From the NCBI GenBank assembly GCA_964016885.1, contig OZ024747.1, forward strand, positions 30,008,001 through 30,072,000: a DNA stretch of 64,000 nucleotides, written 5' to 3'. Shown here in pieces: positions 1 to 11,100 of this stretch. Position 1 is the first letter of the stretch, and each line of letters starts with the position of its first letter. The DNA is from Eledone cirrhosa. Its lineage: Eukaryota. The notes under the pieces are model-generated. The model made no database searches, had not been told where the DNA came from, and worked only from the letters and a program-made list of their open reading frames with translations. The translations under genes were made by a program, and so were the position numbers.

Positions 1-172
1 TTTCTGATTTCGAAAATTGTTATATATTTTGTATTTTTAAAAAGTTTTTCAACGTGTCGAAACATAATGTATAAACGCATTTTTTCCAAATACTGTGTAA
101 AATGATCTATTTGTGAAAAAGCTAAAAAAATCAATTTTAGAAATCAGAAGTAAATATTTCGAAAAGTATAAA

Positions 173-414
173 AAAATTGATTATTTTAGGTTTTTCACAA
201 ATTGATCATTTTACACAGTATTTCGAAAAATTGTTTTTTTACAAAAAACATTGATTTTTTTCCTTTCGAAATATAGACTTTCTGATTTCGAAAATTGATA
301 TATATTTTGTATTTTTCAAACACAATGTATAAACGCATTTTTTTGAAAAAAAACATTTTTTCCAAATACTCTGTAAAATGATCAATTTGTGAAAAACCTA
401 AAAAAATCAATTTT
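173..414. repeat. Intra-monomer long inverted repeat (arm A 173-248, arm A' 339-414), present with variations in every monomer
   Basis: The reverse complement of 339-414 matches 173-248 at 71 of 76 positions by manual alignment, with no gaps. Confidence 0.95.
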
Positions 415-453
415 AGAAGTCAGAAGTAAATATTTCGAAAAGTATAAAAAAAA
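177..453 (+). repeat. Representative monomer, class X (diagnostics TTACAAAAAACATTG, ATATAGACT, TACTCTGT, AGAAGTCAGA; lacks the 20-bp central segment)
   Basis: Read directly: 277 bp between successive anchors, with four TTCGAA and two TGATCA palindromes. Confidence 0.95.
263..442. repeat. Second inverted repeat pair (B ~263-299, B' ~406-442)
   Basis: Consensus B, CTTTCGAAATATATACTTTCTGATTTCGAAAATTGAT, has reverse complement ATCAATTTTCGAAATCAGAAAGTATATATTTCGAAAG, which aligns to the linker ATCAATTTTAGAAATCAGAAGTAAATATTTCGAAAAG. Confidence 0.9.
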
Positions 454-733
454 TTGATTATTTTAGGTTTTTCACAAATTGATAATTTTACACAATATTT
501 CGAAAATTTGTTTATTTTCAAAAAAGATTGATTTTTTTTCTATCGAAATATATACTTTCTGATTTCGAAAATTGATATACATTTTGTATTTTTCAAATAT
601 TTTTCAACGTGTTGAAACACAGTGTATAAACGCATTCTTTTGAAAAAAAAACATTTTTTCCAAATACTGTGAAAAAACCTAAAAAAATCAATTTTAGAAA
701 TTAGAAGTAAATATTTCGAAAAGTGTAAACAAA
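454..733 (+). repeat. Representative monomer, class Y (GATAATT, CTATCGAA, TTTCAACGTGTTGAAA hairpin; 18-bp deletion in right arm giving TACTGTGAAAAAACC)
   Basis: Read directly: 280 bp. The same diagnostic set recurs throughout the array. Confidence 0.95.
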
Positions 734-1009
734 TTGATTATTTTAGGTTTTTCACAAATTGATCATTTTACACAGTATTTCGAAAAATTGTTTTTTTTCA
801 AAAAAGATTGATTTTTTTCTTTTGAAATATCTACTTTCTGATTTCGAAAATTGTTATATATTTTGTATTTTTAAAAAATTTTTCAACGTGTATGTATAAA
901 TGTATAAACGCATTTTTTCCAAATACTGTGTAAAATGATCAATTTGTGAAAAACCTAAAAAAATCAATTTTAGAAATCAGAAGTAAATATTTCGAAAAGT
1001 ATAAAAAAA
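734..1009 (+). repeat. Representative monomer, class Z (CTTTTGAAATATCTACT, GTTATATA, CGTGTATGTATAAATG; 18-bp deletion giving CGCATTTTTTCC)
   Basis: Read directly: 276 bp. A Z' subclass carries GTGTCGAAACATAATG, ATCTATT and AAGCTA (e.g. 1-176, 6900-7060). Confidence 0.95.
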
Positions 1010-3491
1010 TTGATTATTTTAGGTTTTTCACAAATTGATCATTTTACACAGTATTTCGAAAAATTGTTTTTTTACAAAAAACATTGATTTTTTTCCTTTC
1101 GAAATATAGACTTTCTGATTTCGAAAATTGATATATATTTTGTATTTTTCAAACACAATGTATAAACGCATTTTTTTGAAAAAAAACATTTTTTCCAAAT
1201 ACTCTGTAAAATGATCAATTTGTGAAAAACCTAAAAAAATCAATTTTAGAAGTCAGAAGTAAATATTTCGAAAAGTATAAAAAAAATTGATTATTTTAGG
1301 TTTTTCACAAATTGATAATTTTACACAATATTTCGAAAATTTGTTTTTTTTCAAAAAAGATTGATTTTTTTTCTATCGAAATATATACTTTCTGATTTCG
1401 AAAATTGATATACATTTTGTATTTTTCAAATATTTTTCAACGTGTTGAAACACAGTGTATAAACGCATTCTTTTGAAAAAAAAACATTTTTTCCAAATAC
1501 TGTGAAAAAACCTAAAAAAATCAATTTTAGAAATTAGAAGTAAATATTTCGAAAAGTGTAAACAAATTGATTATTTTAGGTTTTTCACAAATTGATCATT
1601 TTACACAGTATTTCGAAAAATTGTTTTTTTTCAAAAAAGATTGATTTTTTTCTTTTGAAATATCTACTTTCTGATTTCGAAAATTGTTATATATTTTGTA
1701 TTTTTAAAAAATTTTTCAACGTGTATGTATAAATGTATAAACGCATTTTTTCCAAATACTGTGTAAATTGATCAATTCGTGAAAAAACCTAAAAAAATCA
1801 ATTTTAGAAATCAGAAGTAAATATTTCGAAAAGTGTAAACAAATTGATTATTTTAGGTTTTTCACAAATTGATCATTTTACACAGTATTTCGAAAAATTG
1901 TTTTTTTACAAAAAACATTGATTTTTTTTCTTTCGAAATATATACTTTCTGATTTCGAAAATTGATATATATTTTGTATTTTTCAAACACAATGTATAAA
2001 CGCATTTTTTTGAAAAAAAACATTTTTTCCAAATACTGTGTAAATTGATCAATTCGTGAAAAAACCTAAAAAAATCAATTTTAGAAATCAGAAGTAAATA
2101 TTTCGAAAAGTGTAAACAAATTGATTTTTTTAGGTTTTTCACAAATTGATCATTTTACACAGTATTTCGAAAAATTGTTTTTTTTCAGAAAAGATTGATT
2201 TTTTTTCTTTTGAAATATCTACTTTCTGATTTCGAAAATTGTTATATAATTTCTATTTTTAAAAAATTTTTCAGCGTGTATGTATAAATGTATAAACGCA
2301 TTTTTTCCAAATACTGTGTAAAATGATCAATTTGTGAAAAACCTAAAAAAATCAATTTTAGAAGTCAGAAGTAAATATTTCGAAAAGTATAAAAAAATTG
2401 ATTATTTTAGGTTCTTCACAAATTGATAATTTCGAAAATTTGTTTTTTTTCAAAAAAGATTGATTTTTTTTCTATCGAAATATATACTTTCTGATTTCGA
2501 AAATTGATATACATTTTGTATTTTTCAAATATTTTTCAACGTGTTGAAACAGTGTATAAACGCATTCTTTTGAAAAAAAAACATTTTTTCCAAATACTGT
2601 GAAAAAACCTAAAAAAATCAATTTTAGAAATTAGAAGTAAATATTTCGAAAAGTGTAAACAAATTGATTATTTTAGGTTTTTCACAAATTGATCATTTTA
2701 CACAGTATTTCGAAAAATTGTTTTTTTTCAAAAAAGATTGATTTTTTTCTTTTGAAATATCTACTTTCTGATTTCGAAAATTGTTATATATTTTGTATTT
2801 TTAAAAAATTTTTCAACGTGTATGTATAAATGTATAAACGCATTTTTTCCAAATACTGTGTAAAATGATCAATTTGTGAAAAACCTAAAAAAATCAATTT
2901 TAGAAATCAGAAGTAAATATTTCGAAAAGTATAAAAAAATTGATTATTTTAGGTTTTTCACAAATTGATCATTTTACACAGTATTTCGAAAAATTGTTTT
3001 TTTACAAAAAACATTGATTTTTTTTCTTTCGAAATATAGACTTTCTGATTTCGAAAATTGATATATATTTTGTATTTTTCAAACACAATGTATAAACGCA
3101 TTTTTTTGAAAAAAAACATTTTTTCCAAATACTCTGTAAAATGATCAATTTGTGAAAAACCTAAAAAAATCAATTTTAGGTCAGAAGTAAATATTTCGAA
3201 AAGTATAAAAAAATTGATTATTTTAGGTTTTTCACAAATTGATAATTTTACACAATATTTCGAAAATTTGTTTTTTTTCAAAAAAGATTGATTTTTTTTC
3301 TATCGAAATATATACTTTCTGATTTCGAAAATTGATATACATTTTGTATTTTTCAAATATTTTTCAACGTGTTGAAACAGTGTGTAAACGCATTCTTTTG
3401 AAAAAAAAACATTTTTTCCAAATACTGTGAAAAAACCTAAAAAAATCAATTTTAGAAATTAGAAGTAAATATTTCGAAAAGTGTAAACAAA

Positions 3492-6265
3492 TTGATTATT
3501 TTAGGTTTTTCACAAATTGATCATTTTACACAGTATTTCGAAAAATTGTTTTTTTTCAAAAAAGATTGATTTTTTTTCTTTTGAAATATCTACTTTCTGA
3601 TTTCAAAAATTGTTATATATTTTGTATTTTTAAAAAGTTTTTCAATGTGTCGTAACATAATGTATAAACGCATTTTATCCAAATACTGTGTAAAATGATC
3701 TATTTGTGAAAAACCTAAAAAAATCAATTTTAGAAATCGGAAGTAAATATTTGGAAAAGTATAAAAAAATTGATTATTTTAGGTTTTTCACAAATTGATC
3801 ATTTTAAACAGTATTTCGAAAAATTATTTTTTTTCCCAAAACATTGATTTTTTTCTTTCGGAATATATACTTTCTGATTTCGAAAATTGATATATATTTT
3901 GTATTTTTCAAACACAATGTATAAACGCATTTTTTTGAAAAAAAACATTTTTTCCAAATACTGTGTAAATTGATCAATTTGTGAAAAAACCTAAAAAAAT
4001 CAATTTTAGAAATCAGAAGTAAATATTTCGAAAAGTATAAAAAAATTGATTATTTTAGGTTTTTCACAAATTGATCATTTTACACAGTATTTCGAAAAAT
4101 TGTTTTTTTACAAAAAACATTGATTTTTTTTCTTTCGAAATATATACTTTCTGATTTCGAAAATTGATATATATTTTGTATTTTTCAAACACAATGTATA
4201 AACGCATTTTTTTGAAAAAAAAACATTTTTTCCAAATACTCTATAAAATGATCAATTTGTGAAAAACCTAAAAAAATCAATTTTAGAAGTCAGAAGTAAA
4301 TATTTCGAAAAGTATAAAAAAAATTGATTATTTTAGGTTTTTCACAAATTGATAATTTTACACAATATTTCGAAAATTTGTTTTTTTTCAAAAAAGATTG
4401 ATTTTTTTTCTATCGAAATATATACTTTCTGATTTCGAAAATTGATATACATTTTGTATTTTTCAAATATTTTTCAACGTGTTGAAACAGTGTATAAACG
4501 CATTCTTTTGAAAAAAAAACATTTTTTCCAAATACTGTGAAAAAACCTAAAAAAATCAATTTTAGAAATTAGAAGTAAATATTTCGAAAAGTGTAAACAA
4601 ATTGATTATTTTAGGTTTTTCACAAATTGATCATTTTACACAGTATTTCGAAAAATTGTTTTTTTTCAAAAAAGATTGATTTTTTTCTTTTGAAATATCT
4701 ACTTTCTGATTTCGAAAATTGTTATATATTTTGTATTTTTAAAAAATTTTTCAACGTGTATGTATAAATGTATAAACGCATTTTTTCCAAATACTGTGTA
4801 AAATGATCAATTTGTGAAAAACCTAAAAAAATCAATTTTAGAAATCAGAAGTAAATATTTCGAAAAGTATAAAAAAATTGATTATTTTAGGTTTTTCACA
4901 AATTGATCATTTTACACAGTATTTCGAAAAATTGTTTTTTTTCAAAAAAGATTGATTTTTTTTCTTTTGAAATATCTACTTTCTGATTTCAAAAATTGTT
5001 ATATATTTTGTATTTTTAAAAAGTTTTTCAATGTGTCGTAACATAATGTATAAACGCATTTTATCCAAATACTGTGTAAAATGATCTATTTGTGAAAAAC
5101 CTAAAAAAATCAATTTTAGAAATCGGAAGTAAATATTTGGAAAAGTATAAAAAAATTGATTATTTTAGGTTTTTCACAAATTGATCATTTTAAACAGTAT
5201 TTCGAAAAATTATTTTTTTTCCCAAAACATTGATTTTTTTCTTTCGGAATATATACTTTCTGATTTCGAAAATTGATATATATTTTGTATTTTTCAAACA
5301 CAATGTATAAACGCATTTTTTTGAAAAAAAACATTTTTTCCAAATACTGTGTAAATTGATCAATTTGTGAAAAAACCTAAAAAAATCAATTTTAGAAATC
5401 AGAAGTAAATATTTCGAAAAGTATAAAAAAATTGATTATTTTAGGTTTTTCACAAATTGATCATTTTACACAGTATTTCGAAAAATTGTTTTTTTACAAA
5501 AAACATTGATTTTTTTTCTTTCGAAATATATACTTTCTGATTTCGAAAATTGATATATATTTTGTATTTTTCAAACACAATGTATAAACGCATTTTTTTG
5601 AAAAAAAAACATTTTTTCCAAATACTCTATAAAATGATCAATTTGTGAAAAACCTAAAAAAATCAATTTTAGAAGTCAGAAGTAAATATTTCGAAAAGTA
5701 TAAAAAAAATTGATTATTTTAGGTTTTTCACAAATTGATAATTTTACACAATATTTCGAAAATTTGTTTTTTTTCAAAAAAGATTGATTTTTTTTCTATC
5801 GAAATATATACTTTCTGATTTCGAAAATTGATATACATTTTGTATTTTTCAAATATTTTTCAACGTGTTGAAACACAGTGTATAAACGCATTCTTTTGAA
5901 AAAAAAACATTTTTTCCAAATACTGTGAAAAAACCTAAAAAAATCAATTTTAGAAATTAGAAGTAAATATTTCGAAAAGTGTAAACAAATTGATTATTTT
6001 AGGTTTTTCACAAATTGATCATTTTACACAGTATTTCGAAAAATTGTTTTTTTTCAAAAAAGATTGATTTTTTTCTTTTGAAATATCTACTTTCTGATTT
6101 CGAAAATTGTTATATATTTTGTATTTTTAAAAAATTTTTCAACGTGTATGTATAAATGTATAAACGCATTTTTTCCAAATACTGTGTAAAATGATCAATT
6201 TGTGAAAAACCTAAAAAAATCAATTTTAGAAATCAGAAGTAAATATTTCGAAAAGTATAAAAAAA
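3492..6265 (+). repeat. Tandem duplication of a 5-monomer unit (1386 bp)
   Basis: Private variants TTTCAAAAAT (3601/4987), GTGTCGTAAC, ATTTGGAAAAGT and CTCTATAAAA each occur twice, 1386 bp apart. Confidence 0.9.
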
Positions 6266-7078
6266 TTGATTATTTTAGGTTTTTCACAAATTGATCATTT
6301 TACACAGTATTTCGAAAAATTGTTTTTTTACAAAAAACATTGATTTTTTTTCTTTCGAAATATAGACTTTCTGATTTCGAAAATTGATATATATTTTGTA
6401 TTTTTCAAACACAATGTATAAACGCATTTTTTTGAAAAAAAACATTTTTTCCAAATACTCTGTAAAATGATCAATTTGTGAAAAACCTAAAAAAATCAAT
6501 TTTAGGTCAGAAGTAAATATTTCGAAAAGTATAAAAAAATTGATTATTTTAGGTTTTTCACAAATTGATAATTTTACACAATATTTCGAAAATTTGTTTT
6601 TTTTCAAAAAAGATTGATTTTTTTTCTATCGAAATATATACTTTCTGATTTCGAAAATTGATATACATTTTGTATTTTTCAAATATTTTTCAACGTGTTG
6701 AAACAAAGTGTATAAACGCATTTTTTTGAAAAAAAAACATTTTTTCCAAAAAAATCAATTTTAGAAATTAGAAGTAAATATTTCAAAAAGTGTAAACAAA
6801 TTGATTATTTTAGGTTTTTCACAAATTGATCATTTTACACAGTATTTGGAAAAATTGTTTTTTTTCAAAAAAGATTGATTTTTTTTCTTTTGAAATATCT
6901 ACTTTCTGATTTCGAAAATTGTTATATATTTTGTATTTTTAAAAAGTTTTTCAACGTGTCGAAACATAATGTATAAACGCATTTTTTCCAAATACTGTGT
7001 GAAATGATCTATTTTTGAAAAAGCTAAAAAAATCAATTTTAGAAATCGGAAGTAAATATTTCGAAAAGTATAAAAAAA

Positions 7079-8186
7079 TTGATTATTTTAGGTTTTTCAC
7101 AAATTGATCATTTTAAACAGTATTTCGAAAAATTATTTTTTTTCCAAAAACATTGATTTTTTTCTTTCGGAATATATACTTTCTGATTTCGAAAATTGAT
7201 ATATATTTTGTATTTTTCAAACACAATGTATAAACGCATTTTTTTGAAAAAAAACATTTTTTCCAAATACTGTGTAAAATGATCAATTTGTGAAAAACCT
7301 AAAAAAATCAATTTTAGAAATCAGAAGTAAATATTTCGAAAAGTATAAAAAAATTGATTATTTTAGGTTTTTCACAAATTGATCATTTTACACAGTATTT
7401 CGAAAAATTGTTTTTTTATCAAAAAAGATTGATTTTTTTTCTTTCGAAATATATAATTTCTGATTTCGAAATTTGATATATATTTTGTATTTTTAAAAAG
7501 TTTTTCAATGTGTCGAAACATAATGTATAAACGCATTTTATCCAAATACTGTGTAAAATGATCTATTTGTGAAAAAGCTAAAAAAATCAATTTTAGAAAT
7601 CGGAAGTAAATATTTCGAAAAGTATAAAAAAATTGATTATTTTAGGTTTTTCACAAATTGATCATTTTAAACAGTATTTCGAAAAATTATTTTTTTTCCA
7701 AAAACATTGATTTTTTTCTTTCGGAATATATACTTTCTGATTTCGAAAATTGATATATATTTTGTATTTTTCAAACACAATGTATAAACGCATTTTTTTG
7801 AAAAAAAACATTTTTTCCAAATACTGTGTAAAATGATCAATTTGTGAAAAACCTAAAAAAATCAATTTTAGAAATCAGAAGTAAATATTTCGAAAAGTAT
7901 AAAAAAATTGATTATTTTAGGTTTTTCACAAATTGATCATTTTACACAGTATTTCGAAAAATTGTTTTTTTATCAAAAAAGATTGATTTTTTTTCTTTCG
8001 AAATATATAATTTCTGATTTCGAAATTTGATATATATTTTGTATTTTTAAAAAGTTTTTCAATGTGTCGAAACATAATGTATAAACGCATTTTATCCAAA
8101 TACTGTGTAAAATGATCTATTTGTGAAAAAGCTAAAAAAATCAATTTTAGAAATCGGAAGTAAATATTTCGAAAAGTATAAAAAAA
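7079..8186 (+). repeat. Tandem duplication of a 2-monomer unit (554 bp)
   Basis: ORF pairs 7108/7662 and 7372/7926; the variants TTTTATCAAA and CGAAATTTGA occur twice, 554 bp apart. Confidence 0.9.
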
Positions 8187-11100
8187 TTGATTATTTTAGG
8201 TTTTTCACAAATTGATCATTTTAAACAGTATTTCGAAAAATTATTTTTTTTCCAAAAACATTGATTTTTTTCTTTCGAAATATATATTTTCTGATTTCGA
8301 ATATTGATATACATTTTGTATTTTTCAAATATTTTTCAACGTATGTATAAACAATGTATAAACGCATTTTTTTGAAAAAAAACATTTTTTCCAAATACTG
8401 TGTAAATTGATCAATTTGTGAAAAAACCTAAAAAAATCAATTTTAGAAATCAGAAGTAAATATTTCGAAAAGTTGATTATTTTAGGTTTTTCACAAATTG
8501 ATCATTTTACACAGTATTTCGAAAAATTGTTTTTTTTCAAAAAAGATTGATTTTTTTTCTTTTGAAATATCTACTTTCTGATTTCGAAAATTGTTATATA
8601 TTTTGTATTTTTAAAAAGTTTTTCAACGTGTCGAAACATAATGTATAAACGCATATTTTCCAAATACTGTGTAAAATGATCTATTTGTGAAAAAGCTAAA
8701 AAAATCAATTTTAGAAATCGGAAGTAAATATTTCGAAACAGTATTTCGAAAAATTATTTTTTTTCCAAAAACATTGATTTTTTTCTTTCGGAATGTATAC
8801 TTTCTGATTTCGAAAATTGATATACATTTTGTATTTTTCATATATTTTTCAACGTGTTGAAACAGTGTATAAACGCATTCTTTTGAAAAAAAAACATTTT
8901 TTCCAAATACTGTGAAAAAATCTAAAAAAATCAATTTTAGAAATTAGAAGTAAATATTTCGAAAAGTGTAAACAAATTGATTATTTTAGGTTTTTCACAA
9001 ATTGATCATTTTACACAGTATTTCGAAAAATTGTTTTTTTTCAAAAAAGATTGATTTTTTTTCTTTTGAAATATCTACTTTCTGATTTCGAAAATTGTTA
9101 TATATTTTGTATTTTTAAAAAGTTTTTCAACGTGTCGAAACATAATGTATAAACGCATTTTTTCCAAATACTGTGTAAAATGATCTATTTGTGAAAAAGC
9201 TAAAAAAATCAATTTTAGAAATCAGAAGTAAATATTTCGAAAAGTATAAAAAAATTGATTATTTTAGGTTTTTCACAAATTGATCATTTTACACAGTATT
9301 TCGAAAAATTGTTTTTTTACAAAAAACATTGATTTTTTTCCTTTCGAAATATAGACTTTCTGATTTCGAAAATTGATATATATTTTGTATTTTTCAAACA
9401 CAATGTATAAACGCATTTTTTTGAAAAAAAACATTTTTTCCAAATACTCTGTAAAATGATCAATTTGTGAAAAACCTAAAAAAATCAATTTTAGAAGTCA
9501 GAAGTAAATATTTCGAAAAGTATAAAAAAAATTGATTATTTTAGGTTTTTCACAAATTGATAATTTTACACAATATTTCGAAAATTTGTTTTTTTTCAAA
9601 AAAGATTGATTTTTTTTCTATCGAAATATATACTTTCTGATTTCGAAAATTGATATACATTTTGTATTTTTCAAATATTTTTCAACGTGTTGAAACACAG
9701 TGTATAAACGCATTCTTTTGAAAAAAAAACATTTTTTCCAAATACTGTGAAAAAACCTAAAAAAATCAATTTTAGAAATTAGAAGTAAATATTTCGAAAA
9801 GTGTAAACAAATTGATTATTTTAGGTTTTTCACAAATTGATCATTTTACACAGTATTTCGAAAAATTGTTTTTTTTCAAAAAAGATTGATTTTTTTCTTT
9901 TGAAATATCTACTTTCTGATTTCGAAAATTGTTATATATTTTGTATTTTTAAAAAATTTTTCAACGTGTATGTATAAATGTATAAACGCATTTTTTCCAA
10001 ATACTGTGTAAAATGATCAATTTGTGAAAAACCTAAAAAAATCAATTTTAGAAATCAGAAGTAAATATTTCGAAAAGTATAAAAAAATTGATTATTTTAG
10101 GTTTTTCACAAATTGATCATTTTACACAGTATTTCGAAAAATTGTTTTTTTACAAAAAACATTGATTTTTTTTCTTTCGAAATATAGACTTTCTGATTTC
10201 GAAAATTGATATATATTTTGTATTTTTCAAACACAATGTATAAACGCATTTTTTTGAAAAAAAACATTTTTTCCAAATACTCTGTAAAATGATCAATTTG
10301 TGAAAAACCTAAAAAAATCAATTTTAGAAGTCATAAGTAAATATTTCGAAAAGTATAAAAAAATTGATTATTTTAGGTTTTTCACAAATTGATCATTTTA
10401 AACAGTATTTCGAAAAATTATTTTTTTTCTCAAAACATTGATTTTTTTCTTTCGGAATATATACTTTCTGATTTCGAAAATTGATATATATTTTGTATTT
10501 TTCAAACACAATGTATAAACGCATTTTTTTAAAAAAAAACATTTTTTCCAAATACTGTGTAAATTGATCAATTCGTGAAAAAACCTAAAAAAATCAATTT
10601 TAGAAATCAGAAGTAAATATTTCGAAAAGTGTAAACAAATTGATTATTTTAGGTTTTTCACAAATTGATCATTTTACACAGTATTTCGAAAAATTGTTTT
10701 TTTACAAAAAACATTGATTTTTTTTCTTTCGAAATATATACTTTCTGATTTCGAAAATTGATATATATTTTGTATTTTTCAAACACAATGTATAAACGCA
10801 TTTTTTTAAAAAAAAACATTTTTTCCAAATACTGTGTAAATTGATCAATTCGTGAAAAAACCTAAAAAAATCAATTTTAGAAATCAGAAGTAAATATTTC
10901 GAAAAGTGTAAACAAATTGATTTTTTTAGGTTTTTCACAAATTGATCATTTTACACAGTATTTCGAAAAATTGTTTTTTTTCAGAAAAGATTGATTTTTT
11001 TTCTTTTGAAATATCTACTTTCTGATTTCGAAAATTGTTATATAATTTCTATTTTTAAAAAATTTTTCAGCGTGTATGTATAAATGTATAAACGCATTTT

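Larger units (their letters stand above)
177..1843 (+). repeat. X-Y-Z trimeric higher-order repeat, 833 bp, two tandem copies; the X-Y-Z order recurs throughout the window
   Basis: Identical ORFs at 195 and 1028 (offset 833 = 277+280+276); shared TCCTTTCG and AACACAGTG variants. Confidence 0.9.

Noticed and set aside
151-300. TTCG/TTCGAA as a CENP-B box or heat-shock element
   Set aside because: The CGGG half of the CENP-B box is missing and the alternating nGAAn array of a heat-shock element is absent.
186-401. TTAGG/CCTAA (insect telomere motif) in each arm
   Set aside because: It is a single, non-tandem pentamer per arm, expected from the inverted repeat; this is not a telomeric array.
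173-414. Calling each monomer a bona fide MITE (mobile element)
   Set aside because: No target-site duplications, transposase or recognisable TIR family are visible, and the linker is itself an inverted copy of internal sequence. Kept only as a hypothesis.
339-414. Apparent strand inversions of the array
   Set aside because: Reverse-strand matches come from the intra-monomer inverted repeats; asymmetric markers such as TATAAACGCA keep the same orientation throughout.
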